Source: an uncultured Nitrospira sp. (GTDB lineage: Bacteria > Nitrospirota > Nitrospiria > Nitrospirales > Nitrospiraceae). From it: DNA of 64,000 bases. Every line of letters begins with the position of its first letter. Within the stretch, counting starts at the first letter, position 1. The notes beneath the pieces are model-generated. The model worked only from the letters and a program-made list of their open reading frames with translations, ran no database searches and was not told where the DNA came from. Of this stretch, positions 1 through 8,788 are shown piece by piece. Position numbers and translations under genes: made by a program. The stretch is taken from positions 5,646 to 69,645 of the forward strand of contig CAYSFU010000009.1 in the NCBI GenBank assembly GCA_964430555.1, in the 5' to 3' direction.

Positions 1-2
1 AT

Positions 3-50
3 GAGCAAGACATCGTCCGGCTGTATGCTGAGTCAGGTGTTCCAGAATGA
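3..50 (+). CDS. Possible 3' end of a gene entering from the left edge (..EQDIVRLYAESGVPE*)
   Basis: Open frame ending TGA at 48-50, just before a hairpin; too short to identify. Confidence 0.25.
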   Translation, partial: EQDIVRLYAESGVPE

Positions 51-69
51 AGGGGCTGTGACGGGGAGT

Positions 70-99
70 AAAACGGGCCCACCTGTGTGTGGTGGGCCC
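70..99 (-). terminator. Rho-independent terminator
   Basis: GGGCCCACC-7nt-GGTGGGCCC perfect 9-bp stem followed on the minus strand by GTTTT, downstream of the 138-623 gene. Confidence 0.7.
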
Positions 100-137
100 A
101 TCGGGAAGGCCGTTCACATGCTTTTCCTGGCGCAGGT

Positions 138-623
138 CTAGGCGTGCGCTGCCTGATGGTCGTCACGGCGACGCCGGAGGTTTGTGCCGATTCGCGCACG
201 TTCCTGTTCATACCCCATGGCCGTGTAATACAAGGTTCGGTCAAAAAACTGCCCGAGGATGTGCAGGAGTTCCAATTCCCCATGGAGCTCCATCGGACTA
301 TCGGAGAATCCTTCGTGCTGGACAAAGGCCGTCATATGTTCTCTGGTGGCGGTAATCGCCCAGAGGAAATGGCTATAGGCTACCCCTTGTGCGGCGCGCC
401 GCGCACCGAGCTCCGTGTAGCGGCTCTCGATTTCGGTCTCCGTCATCGCCATCAACCAGTTATTCAAGTTTTGGTAGATTTCGCGTGTGCGGGCTTGAAG
501 CTCGTCGGGTGGGACTTTTCGTAGATCGCTGCAGCGGGGAGAATTCCATACTTTCTCGCTCAGCTCCCGAGCAAGTTTTTCGGAGTTCTTCTCGATCAGC
601 CTCACCAATCGGCCAGCCAGCAT
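138..623 (-). CDS. Hypothetical all-helical protein, RsbRD N-terminal/globin-like domain (161 aa)
   Basis: ATG at 623 with AGGAGG RBS (the ORF-track start at 905 is over-extended); RYTELGARRAAQGVAYSHFLWAI resembles the RsbRD_N motif. Confidence 0.7.
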   Translation of the reverse strand: MLAGRLVRLIEKNSEKLARELSEKVWNSPRCSDLRKVPPDELQARTREIYQNLNNWLMAMTETEIESRYTELGARRAAQGVAYSHFLWAITATREHMTAFVQHEGFSDSPMELHGELELLHILGQFFDRTLYYTAMGYEQERARIGTNLRRRRDDHQAAHA

Positions 624-890
624 AGCGCACCTCCTATATTGTGAAGGGTTGAGGTAGGGGAATGCATGTGAGTTCAGTATATAACATTGTATGCATTGCG
701 CAGACATTACTTGAATGATGGCCTCCGCGTCAAATGACACGTGTGACTTGGGCGAGCGGTCGTGCGTCACAACGGAGATCGACCAAAAGATGCCGTGTGC
801 GGAGCGCGCGGAATTCCACGACCACCGCGACCCTTGTTCCAAGAATCCATGCAATTTCTTTGGGCATGCGAAGATGGGCTTTGCGTTGTA

Positions 891-919
891 TTGAACTTGC
901 CTCACCCATTTGCTATCCT
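891..919 (+). promoter_or_regulatory. sigma70 promoter of purH-purD
   Basis: TTGAAC-17nt-TATCCT with extended TGn. Confidence 0.5.
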
Positions 920-986
920 GCTGAACCTTTCACAGCTGACGGATCTCTTCCATAACGTACAGGATATCTTGTAAGGAGTATTCATT

Positions 987-2540
987 ATGGCCGGCATCAA
1001 GCGGGCGTTGATCAGTGTTTCAGATAAGACCGGAGTCGTCGAGATGGCTAAGGAGCTGGAAGCGCTTGGGGCGCAAATTTTATCGACCGGAGGAACATCG
1101 AAGGCGCTCCGCGATGCCGGGGTGACCGTCACCGATGTGGCTGCTTACACCGGATCTCCTGAAATTCTTGATGGTCGGGTGAAAACGTTACATCCCAAGA
1201 TTCATGGAGGCTTGCTGGGTCGGCGTTCTCTCCCGGCGCATGTTGAACAAATGACTCAACATGGAATCGGGCCGATCGATGTCGTGGTCGTGAATCTGTA
1301 CCCCTTTGAGGCCACCATTGCCAAGCCCGATTGCCGTTTCGAGGACGCCATTGAAAATATCGATATCGGTGGGCCGTCCATGTTGCGTTCAGCCGCTAAA
1401 AATCACGAGGATGTGCTGGTGGTGGTTGATCCGGCCGATTATACCCGGGTGCTGGATGCGCTGAAGACCAATACCGCGACACCGGTGCTCCGTCGTGAAT
1501 TGGCGATGAAAGTCTTTCAGCATACGGCGCGCTATGATGGATTAATCGCTGGTTACTTGGAAACGCAGACCAAGGGTGGAGAGGTGAAGTTCCCCAAGGT
1601 GTTGTCATTGCAGTTTGAGTTGGGTGAAACACTTCGATACGGCGAAAATCCCCATCAGCAGGGGGCTTTCTATCGCGAACTCAACAGCCATGAACCATCC
1701 GTTTCGCGAGGGAAGATTCTGCATGGGAAGGCGATGTCCTACAATAACTTCCTGGATGCCAACTCCGCGTTGGAGCTGGTGAAGGAATATGCTGACACCG
1801 CCGTTGCGATCATTAAGCACAACAATCCGTGCGGCGTGGCGCTGGGAACCACATCGGTAGAGGCCTATGTGAAAGCCCGCGAGACCGATCCGGTCTCGGC
1901 GTTCGGGGGCGTGTTGGCCTTTAACCGTGTCGTGGATTTGGCCACGGCCAAGGAGATTACCTCCACATTTGTTGAGGTCGTCATCGCTCCGGGGTTTGCC
2001 GGTGATGCGCTCGCTGAATTGAAGCGCAAGAAGGATCTGCGGTTGTTGGATGTCGGTCCTCTCACGAAGGTGAAACAAGACGGATTTGACCTCAAGAAGC
2101 TGGTCGGCGGGCTGATTGTGCAGGACCGCGATCTCGGGGTCTTGACGGATCTCCGTGCGTTGACGGTGCCGACGATCCGGAAGCCGACGGATGAGGAGTA
2201 TGCTGCTTGCGCGTTTGCTTGGACCGTGTGCAAACATGTGAAGTCGAATGCCATTATCTATGCGAAGCCGGGCCAGACCGTGGGCATTGGAGCCGGGCAG
2301 ATGAGCCGTGTTGATTCCGTAAAATTGGCCGCCATGAAAGCACACATGCCGGTGAAAGGGTGTGTGATGGCGTCGGACGCGTTCTTTCCTTTTCGCGATG
2401 GTCTAGATGCTGCTGCCGAAGGCGGGATCACCGCCGTCATTCAGCCGGGTGGGTCGATTCGAGATGCAGAAGTTGTCAAGGCTGCGGATGAACATGGGCT
2501 GGCGATGATTCTCACGGGCATGCGTCACTTTCGTCACTGA
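987..2540 (+). CDS. purH: Bifunctional AICAR transformylase/IMP cyclohydrolase
   Basis: ALISVSDKTG, GRVKTLHPKIHGG, IDIGGPSM, RYGENPHQ, SDAFFPF, C-terminal RHFRH; AAGGAG RBS. Confidence 0.98.
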   Translation: MAGIKRALISVSDKTGVVEMAKELEALGAQILSTGGTSKALRDAGVTVTDVAAYTGSPEILDGRVKTLHPKIHGGLLGRRSLPAHVEQMTQHGIGPIDVVVVNLYPFEATIAKPDCRFEDAIENIDIGGPSMLRSAAKNHEDVLVVVDPADYTRVLDALKTNTATPVLRRELAMKVFQHTARYDGLIAGYLETQTKGGEVKFPKVLSLQFELGETLRYGENPHQQGAFYRELNSHEPSVSRGKILHGKAMSYNNFLDANSALELVKEYADTAVAIIKHNNPCGVALGTTSVEAYVKARETDPVSAFGGVLAFNRVVDLATAKEITSTFVEVVIAPGFAGDALAELKRKKDLRLLDVGPLTKVKQDGFDLKKLVGGLIVQDRDLGVLTDLRALTVPTIRKPTDEEYAACAFAWTVCKHVKSNAIIYAKPGQTVGIGAGQMSRVDSVKLAAMKAHMPVKGCVMASDAFFPFRDGLDAAAEGGITAVIQPGGSIRDAEVVKAADEHGLAMILTGMRHFRH

Positions 2541-2542
2541 TC

Positions 2543-2661
2543 GGATGCTGAAACAGGCCTCCAATTTCGTTCTTGGCTCAAAAAAATCTTCAACGTAGCT
2601 CCGAGGCTACGCCTCCGGCTTTTCTCGCCTGCGCCTCGTTGGATGGCCTGTTTGAGCATTC
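2543..2661. repeat. ~120-bp palindromic REP/MITE-like intergenic element
   Basis: Imperfect terminal inverted repeats GGATGCTGAAACAGGCC-TCCAA / TTGGATGGCCTGTTTGAGCATTC with internal hairpin CGTAGC-6nt-GCTACG. Confidence 0.65.
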
Positions 2662-2696
2662 TTATGATGTGGCTATAACGTAGGAGACAGAGATCT

Positions 2697-3968
2697 GTGA
2701 AAATCCTTGTCGTCGGAAATGGAGGGCGCGAGCATGCGATGATATGGAAACTCGCGCAGAGCCATCGTAAGCCAGTGCTCTATTGCGCGCCAGGTAATGC
2801 GGGTATTGCCTCCTTGGCAACCTGTGTTTCCATCAACTCGGATGAGATCGATGCACTGAAAGATTTTGTTGTGCGGGAACAGATCGATCTGACGGTGGTC
2901 GGCCCTGAGGCGCCGTTGGCCTTGGGCATCGTCGACGAATTTCGAAAAGCGCGGCTCCGCATTTTTGGACCGACTCGAAATGCCGCTCGCGTGGAGGCCA
3001 GCAAGATCTTTTCGAAAGACGTGATGGCCCAGGCTAAGATTCGCACTGCACGAGCGAAGAGTTTCGACAAGGCTTCGGATGCAGTAGCCTATATCGAGCA
3101 GCACGAAGTTCCGGTCGTCATCAAAGCGGATGGCCTCGCTCAGGGAAAAGGCGTCATCATTGCCATGACTCGTGAGCATGCGAAGCGTGCGATTCATGAT
3201 TGCATGGAGACGAGGGTCTTTGGGCAGGCCGGCAAGCAGGTCTTGATTGAACAGTTTCTGGACGGTGAAGAACTGACGATCATGGCCTTTACCGATGGTA
3301 AGACCGTCGTGCCGATGCCGCCGGCACAAGATCATAAGCGAGTCGGGGATGGAGACACTGGGTTGAACACGGGAGGGATGGGAGCGTACTGCCCTGCCCC
3401 GCTTGGGACGACGGCGCTCAGGGATCAAGTACTCCATGAGGTATTACAACCAATGGTCGATGCCATGGCTCGTGTTGGTTCCCCCTTCCAGGGCGTGCTC
3501 TACGCTGGCCTGATGGTTGTGAAGGGAATACCGTACGTGCTCGAGTTCAATGCTCGGATGGGAGATCCTGAAACGCAGGTGGTGTTGCCGTTACTGAAGA
3601 CAGACTTGCTCGATGTGATTGAAGCGGTGGTCGACCATCGACTGGAGCAGCTATTGATCGAGTGGCATGAAGAGGCGGCCGTATGCGTGGTGATGACCTC
3701 CGGAGGTTATCCCGGTGCGTATCAACAGGGGAAGGTGATTGCGGGTCTGCATTCGACCGGTACAACGTCGTCTTCCGTCGTGTTTCACGCCGGCACTGCG
3801 CAGCACGGTCTGGAGGTTGTCACAGCCGGAGGGCGTGTGCTCGGTGTGCTCGGCATCAAGGCCACACTCGCCGAGGCTCAGCGTGAGGCCTATCGAGTCG
3901 TAAACACAATTTCTTTTGAAGGGTATCATTTCCGAACTGATATTGCCCACCGTGCATTGAAAATGTAG
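2697..3968 (+). CDS. purD: Phosphoribosylamine-glycine ligase
   Basis: GNGGREHA, APGNAG, VIKADGLAQGKGV, QDHKR, NTGGMGAY, EFNARMGDPETQ. Confidence 0.98.
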   Translation: MKILVVGNGGREHAMIWKLAQSHRKPVLYCAPGNAGIASLATCVSINSDEIDALKDFVVREQIDLTVVGPEAPLALGIVDEFRKARLRIFGPTRNAARVEASKIFSKDVMAQAKIRTARAKSFDKASDAVAYIEQHEVPVVIKADGLAQGKGVIIAMTREHAKRAIHDCMETRVFGQAGKQVLIEQFLDGEELTIMAFTDGKTVVPMPPAQDHKRVGDGDTGLNTGGMGAYCPAPLGTTALRDQVLHEVLQPMVDAMARVGSPFQGVLYAGLMVVKGIPYVLEFNARMGDPETQVVLPLLKTDLLDVIEAVVDHRLEQLLIEWHEEAAVCVVMTSGGYPGAYQQGKVIAGLHSTGTTSSSVVFHAGTAQHGLEVVTAGGRVLGVLGIKATLAEAQREAYRVVNTISFEGYHFRTDIAHRALKM

Positions 3969-4264
3969 TGTGCATTTGCATCAAGCCTCTGCCGTCATTT
4001 CTCCTGCACACCTGATTAGATGTGGCTCCGGTTGTTTGGACAGTTTCTACCATGTCTTGCACTGTCCGAACTTCATGAACCCTAGGAGGTCTGATTGGCT
4101 ATTCGTGGGTCTGAATAGCCAGGGTCAATCACTTTCAGTGGCCGTTTCTCTGATCTGTTAGAATATCGTCCACTCATCCTTGTTGACGCCGTTTACTCAC
4201 GCAGTGGAGACGCCGTACCTCGCGTCACGATCGACAGATACACATGAGGAAAGGGGAGACCAAC

Positions 4265-4690
4265 ATGATTCAGTACTCGCGGCGGTTCGTCGGCGCAGTT
4301 GTCTGTGTGGGAGTGGCGATGAGCTTAGTGGGGTGTGACTATTGGCCGCCAACTCTGCAGGATGAGATCGAACAATTGCGCACGGAGATTCAAGCGCTGA
4401 CGATGGAGAAAACACAGCTTCAGGCTCAGGTGGCCGATTTGGCCAGAGTGAAGCAGGAGCTTCAGGGACAGATAGATGACCTGAGTCGAATCAATCGAGA
4501 GAAAGGCCTCATCATCAGTGGACTACAGAGTCAGTTGGAAACGTTGCGTCATAAAGCGGGCAAGAGGATGGGTCCGAAAGCATCCTCTCGCAAAGGATCC
4601 TTCAGATCACCTGCGACCTCGGCTTCCAAGGGGGCGACAAAGTCTCCAACCAGCAAACACACAGCCCCACGATCCATCGGAGTGCGGTAA
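4265..4690 (+). CDS. Coiled-coil lipoprotein of unknown function
   Basis: Signal peptide with LVGC lipobox, heptad-rich middle, Lys/Ser-rich tail; AAGGGGAG RBS before ATG 4265. Confidence 0.7.
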   Translation: MIQYSRRFVGAVVCVGVAMSLVGCDYWPPTLQDEIEQLRTEIQALTMEKTQLQAQVADLARVKQELQGQIDDLSRINREKGLIISGLQSQLETLRHKAGKRMGPKASSRKGSFRSPATSASKGATKSPTSKHTAPRSIGVR

Positions 4691-4704
4691 TCTGATCGCG
4701 ACGG

Positions 4705-5043
4705 TCATGAAGAGGGTGTCGTCGAGGAACCGGTAGAGCCTGACGCCGGTGCCGGGGAAGCGGCTGGAGTGGGCGTTGTCGCTGCCGTCGGCGCGGTCGA
4801 CTCTTTCTTCTCGCTTGTTGTCGTCGATGGTGTGTCGCCTCCACTGCTTGTCGGCGGTTTGAGCTTGTCCGAATAGTCGGTCACATACCACCCACTTCCC
4901 TTAAACATGATGCCCGGTGAGGAGATGAGACGCCTCACGGCTTTCCCACAGCGTTCGCATGTCGAAAGAGGGGCATCCTTAATGCTCTGCTTCACCTCAA
5001 AGCGATATGAGCAACCGTCACATTGATATTCATACGTCGGCAT
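4705..5043 (-). CDS. FmdB-family zinc ribbon protein
   Basis: MPTYEYQCDGC...CERCG...FKGSGWYVTDY plus low-complexity S/T/P tail. Confidence 0.9.
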   Translation of the reverse strand: MPTYEYQCDGCSYRFEVKQSIKDAPLSTCERCGKAVRRLISSPGIMFKGSGWYVTDYSDKLKPPTSSGGDTPSTTTSEKKESTAPTAATTPTPAASPAPASGSTGSSTTPSS

Positions 5044-5104
5044 GGGGGCGTCCTTCTTTCATGAGTGCTCTGTTCTCGGAACCGTACGACAAGCCGTGTA
5101 GTTC

Positions 5105-6298
5105 TCACACCAGCTTGGCGAAGGCTTGTCCAAGTCGTTCGAGTCCTCGTGTAATGGTTGACATGCTGGTGGCATACGATAATCGGAGATGGTCATGGCT
5201 GCCGAATGGTTCACCGGGAACGACCGCAATGTGTGCGTTGTTCAAAAGGTAATTGGCCATCTCGTTTGGTGTCTTGAGCATACCTGAAGGCGCTTGTTTC
5301 CCCAACAATCTGTTGATATTGGGGAACGCATAGAAGGCGCCACGAGGCATTGAGCAGGTCACGCCTGGAATGTTGTTCAGTCCCTCGACGATCGTCTTCC
5401 GTCGACGGGAAAACTCTTCGACCATGGTGCGGGTGAACGGTTCTCCAAGGCGCAATGCGGCGACAGCGGCTTTCTGCGCGATGGAACAAGGATTGGAGGT
5501 GCTCTGGCTTTGGATATTGGCCATGGCCGTGATGAGTTCTTTCGGGCCTGCCGCATAGCCGATTCGCCATCCGGTCATGGCATAGGCTTTTGAGACTCCA
5601 TTAATAATGACTGTTCGTGCCGCGATTTCAGGCCCCAATGAGGCGATGCTCAGATGGTTGGCTCCGTCATAGAGGATCTTCTCATAGATCTCGTCGGAAA
5701 TCACGATGAGATCATGGCGAATGGCGACGGCCGCGATCTGTTCGAGGGTGGTGCGATCATAGGTGGCCCCGGTTGGGTTGCACGGACTGTTGATCAGAAT
5801 GGCTTTCGTTTTCGGCGTAATGAGCCGTTCGAGTTCAGCCGGATGAACGACATATCCCTCGTCTTCTCTGGTCGGCATGAGGACCGGGGTTGCATCGTTC
5901 AAAATGGCTTGATCTGAATAGGAGACCCAGTAGGGGGTGGGAATGATGATCTCATCGCCTGCTTCGAGCAAGGCTTCCGCCAGATTATACAGCGAATGTT
6001 TCGCGCCGCAGGACACCAGGATTTGTGGCTTTTCATACCGGATCCCGAGTTCAGCCTGTAGTTTTTCAATGATGGCACTGCGCAATTCGTCAATGCCCGA
6101 GGAAGGGGTGTATTTGGTAAATCCTGCGCGAATGGCCGCCTCGGCCGCAGTCTTGACCGGTTCCGGTGTATCGAAATCCGGTTCTCCGGTTGAAAAATCT
6201 ATGATATCCAACCCCTGTGCCGCCATGGCCTTGGCTGTTGCCGCCATAGCGAGTGTGGGGGAGGGAGCGATGCGACCGACACGAGCAGCAAGTTTCAT
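5105..6298 (-). CDS. aspC: PLP-dependent aspartate aminotransferase (class I/II)
   Basis: GEPDFDTP, NSPCNPTG, SDEIYE, GVSKAYAMTGWRIGY. Confidence 0.92.
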   Translation of the reverse strand: MKLAARVGRIAPSPTLAMAATAKAMAAQGLDIIDFSTGEPDFDTPEPVKTAAEAAIRAGFTKYTPSSGIDELRSAIIEKLQAELGIRYEKPQILVSCGAKHSLYNLAEALLEAGDEIIIPTPYWVSYSDQAILNDATPVLMPTREDEGYVVHPAELERLITPKTKAILINSPCNPTGATYDRTTLEQIAAVAIRHDLIVISDEIYEKILYDGANHLSIASLGPEIAARTVIINGVSKAYAMTGWRIGYAAGPKELITAMANIQSQSTSNPCSIAQKAAVAALRLGEPFTRTMVEEFSRRRKTIVEGLNNIPGVTCSMPRGAFYAFPNINRLLGKQAPSGMLKTPNEMANYLLNNAHIAVVPGEPFGSHDHLRLSYATSMSTITRGLERLGQAFAKLV

Positions 6299-6783
6299 GA
6301 TTTAAGACTCCGGATACGATCGTTCAGACGGCGTGCGACTTCAGGATGCACAAACTCGGTGAGGGGACCTCCATGACGTGCCACCTCTTTGATGATGGTC
6401 GACGAAAGGTAGGAGTACTCTTCGCTGGGCATCAAGAATACCGTCTCTACGGTCTTGGCTAATTTTCGATTGATCAACGCCATTTGAAATTCATGCTCAA
6501 AGTCTGAAATCGCCCGTAGACCACGAATAATAGCGTGGGCACCAGACCGCTCGACATAGTCGACCAGCAAGCCCTCGAATTGTGTGACCTCGATCTGGGG
6601 CAAATCCTTCATGACGAGTGTCACCATCTCGACGCGTTCGGTGACATTGAATAACGGATGCTTGGATGGATTCGGCGCCACGGCGATCACCACGCGATCA
6701 AACATCCGAAGACTACGCGTAATGATGTCGGTATGCCCATGAGTGATCGGGTCAAATGTGCCGGGGTAGATTCCAGTTTTCAT
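6295..6783 (-). CDS. coaD: Phosphopantetheine adenylyltransferase
   Basis: YPGTFDPITHGH, IIRGLRAISDFEHE, LSSTIIKEVA; start overlaps the rsmD stop. Confidence 0.97.
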   Translation of the reverse strand: MKTGIYPGTFDPITHGHTDIITRSLRMFDRVVIAVAPNPSKHPLFNVTERVEMVTLVMKDLPQIEVTQFEGLLVDYVERSGAHAIIRGLRAISDFEHEFQMALINRKLAKTVETVFLMPSEEYSYLSSTIIKEVARHGGPLTEFVHPEVARRLNDRIRSLKS

Positions 6784-7349
6784 GTCTCGTGAAGGTCGGG
6801 GCAGCAGTAGAGCGATAGGGTGGTGTCCCCATAACGATAGCGTCGACGCAAACTGGCAGGGCCAAGGACCGTGGGCGACGCAGTCTTCACTCCATGTTCC
6901 ACAATCAGCCATGCATCCACTGCAAAGAGCGGCCAGGTCATCGATGCACTCAACAACGAGGAAAATCTTTCCGTCTCTGCATAAGGAGGATCGGCGAAGA
7001 CAATATCATACGGGCCACTCCAGTGGTCAGCGCGCCGAACAAACTGCTCAACAGTGTGAGGCTGCACGGTCAGCGCTGAACCGATCTGACACAGGTCTTT
7101 ATTTCGCTGGAGAAGGTTCACGGCGTCTCTGTCCGACTCGACGGCGGTGACATGCTCTGCGCCACGGCTGAGGGCCTCGATTCCGACCGCTCCAGTTCCC
7201 GCATACAGGTCTAAAAATCGACTCTGCGGAAGCCGATTCCCAAGAATGGAAAACAACGCTTCCCGAACACGATCAGAGGTTGGACGAAGTGCCTGTGTCC
7301 GTGGCCCATAGAGACGTCTTCCACGGTAGGTACCTGCAATCACACGCAT
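6780..7349 (-). CDS. rsmD: 16S rRNA m2G966 methyltransferase
   Basis: MRVIAG..RPTSDRVREALF, LDLYAGTGAVGIEALSRGA, DPPY; canonical rsmD-coaD pairing. Confidence 0.95.
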   Translation of the reverse strand: MRVIAGTYRGRRLYGPRTQALRPTSDRVREALFSILGNRLPQSRFLDLYAGTGAVGIEALSRGAEHVTAVESDRDAVNLLQRNKDLCQIGSALTVQPHTVEQFVRRADHWSGPYDIVFADPPYAETERFSSLLSASMTWPLFAVDAWLIVEHGVKTASPTVLGPASLRRRYRYGDTTLSLYCCPDLHET

Positions 7350-7382
7350 TCCACCCAACACCACATCATCCGATGGGTATGA

Positions 7383-7412
7383 ACTCTAACATAGCGTTTT
7401 TACAGGGGTCAA
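7383..7412 (-). promoter_or_regulatory. Probable sigma70 promoter of rsmD-coaD-aspC
   Basis: TTGACC-18nt-TAGAGT with TGn extension. Confidence 0.4.
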
Positions 7413-7493
7413 GAAAACGAGACGGGAGATCATGCCATCGACGGCAACCCTGGCGAAGATCGATGATCTTTACCGACAATTGTCTGTGTCGTT

Positions 7494-7522
7494 TTGACCG
7501 TCTTCTGCGAGAAGACTATAAT
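7494..7522 (+). promoter_or_regulatory. Near-consensus sigma70 promoter with palindromic spacer
   Basis: TTGACC-17nt-TATAAT; the spacer is GTCTTCT-GCG-AGAAGAC. Confidence 0.6.
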
Positions 7523-7528
7523 GTCTGT

Positions 7529-7610
7529 GCGAGTTGGCTGGGTGGAAGAGTTCCTGTGATCAGCTCGGACTGTCACGGAGGCTCTGCGGGCTCAGAGGTC
7601 GAGCCCGAAG
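7529..7610 (+). ncRNA. Candidate small structured RNA
   Basis: Directly downstream of the orphan promoter; hairpins at ~7530-7568 and 7587-7607; no recognised family. Confidence 0.25.
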
Positions 7611-7621
7611 GATTGATCGTG

Positions 7622-7795
7622 TTAGCGTGTCCCGACAGTCTGAGACTCGCGGGCAGCCAAACTCTTTCGGCGATTATTGGAAATGGTTCGGTCAATAATA
7701 GCGCCGCAATTGATGCATTTCCATGCATAGAATACGAGAAAGAAGTCCGAGAACCGCTCCAGCATCATCATTCCCTTGCATTTCGGACATTCCAT
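7622..7795 (-). CDS. Small zinc-ribbon protein (57 aa), absent from the ORF track
   Basis: MECPKCKGMMMLERFSDFFLVFYAWKCINCGAIIDRTISNNRRKSLAARESQTVGTR; two CxxC pairs; GGGAGGG RBS. Confidence 0.85.
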   Translation of the reverse strand: MECPKCKGMMMLERFSDFFLVFYAWKCINCGAIIDRTISNNRRKSLAARESQTVGTR

Positions 7796-7840
7796 TGTGC
7801 CCTCCCAGGGTGGTTACGTTCGCAGCTGATGGCGAATTTA

Positions 7841-7856
7841 AGCAAAAGCTGCACCA
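7841..7856 (-). promoter_or_regulatory. sigma54 (-24/-12) promoter of the small zinc-ribbon gene
   Basis: TGGTGCAGCTTTTGCT (GG-N10-GC); IHF-like TTTCAATAGCTTA at 7875-7887. Confidence 0.6.
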
Positions 7857-7982
7857 AATTGTCGTTCATCGTGTTTTCAATAGCTTATGGTTTACGTAAT
7901 TGCCTGAAAGCAGGTGGTTTCAGAGAATTGACGGTACAAAAGAGTCCGGTTCGTCAAATTTTTGTCCATTGCGAGGGCTGCT

Positions 7983-8687
7983 ATGGCAGGGAAGAGGCGT
8001 GGAAAGGGCATTGCACACTGGCCCGAAGACGAACGGCCTCGTGAGCGTCTCCTCGCCAAGGGGCCAGAAGCCCTGTCTGACGCCAATCTGTTGGCTATTC
8101 TGCTGAGAACCGGCCGTCGTGATGCCTCGGCTGTCCAGGTTGCACTTGAGCTTCTTGAGCGGATGGGGGGAGTGGGAGGGCTTGCTGCCTGCGGGACGGA
8201 CGAACTCTGCACCATCCCTGGAATTGGTCCTGCCAAAGCCGCTCAGCTCAAGGCTGCCCTGGTGTTGGGGAGACGGTCACTCGCTGCTCCACTCTCAACC
8301 GGGACACGTATTTCGTCGAGTGTCGACCTCTACAAGCATTTTCATCCGTTGTTGCGCGGGGTGAAGCACGAACTGTTTAAGGTCGTCCTGCTCGATGCCA
8401 AGAATGTTGTGATCAGAGAGGTGACCGTGTCCGAAGGGAGCCTCACACTCAGCATTGTGCATCCGCGAGAGGTCTTTGCCTTGGCGGTTCGTGAATCGGC
8501 GGCTGCCCTGATTCTTCTTCATAATCACCCAAGTGGAGATCCCACACCGAGTGTCGAGGATCGACAATTGACGAGCCGACTTGTTGAAGCCGGCCGGCTG
8601 TTGGGGATTGCCGTGGTGGACCATCTCATTCTCGGAGATGGTCGGTATGTGAGTTTTGCGGATGAAGGGTGGCTTCCCAAACAGTAA
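7983..8687 (+). CDS. radC: RadC family JAB-domain protein
   Basis: ERPRERL, HhH IPGIGPAKA, VHPREVF, HNHPSGDPTPSVED, VVDHLILG. Confidence 0.95.
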   Translation: MAGKRRGKGIAHWPEDERPRERLLAKGPEALSDANLLAILLRTGRRDASAVQVALELLERMGGVGGLAACGTDELCTIPGIGPAKAAQLKAALVLGRRSLAAPLSTGTRISSSVDLYKHFHPLLRGVKHELFKVVLLDAKNVVIREVTVSEGSLTLSIVHPREVFALAVRESAAALILLHNHPSGDPTPSVEDRQLTSRLVEAGRLLGIAVVDHLILGDGRYVSFADEGWLPKQ

Positions 8688-8788
8688 GCGAGGGCGAAGG
8701 CTTTGGAAACGCTCGTCAGATTTCGCAGAACGATGAGGACCAGAATGACGTAAGACCTTACCGAACCGATGCACAAGGAGGGCCGATC

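Noticed and set aside
735..880. Possible ZMP/ZTP (pfl) riboswitch upstream of purH (GTGACTTGGGCG...)
   Set aside because: Lacks the GGTGG..CCAC..GGGAGC core and the 3' CGCCTGGGC element, and lies upstream of the likely promoter; cmscan would settle it
624..905. N-terminal extension of the 138..905 ORF
   Set aside because: Strong RBS and ATG at 623; the extension overlaps the purH promoter region
3969..4243. Hairpins (TGGCTATTC/GAATAGCCA) and a 63-aa ORF after purD
   Set aside because: No recognisable RNA family, RBS or protein motif
7280..8044. 254-aa plus-strand ORF
   Set aside because: No recognisable motifs; overlaps rsmD, radC and the real minus-strand zinc-ribbon gene
7983..8687. radC as a marker of a mobile or anti-restriction element
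   Set aside because: Full-length chromosomal form with HhH; no integrase or other mobile genes nearby
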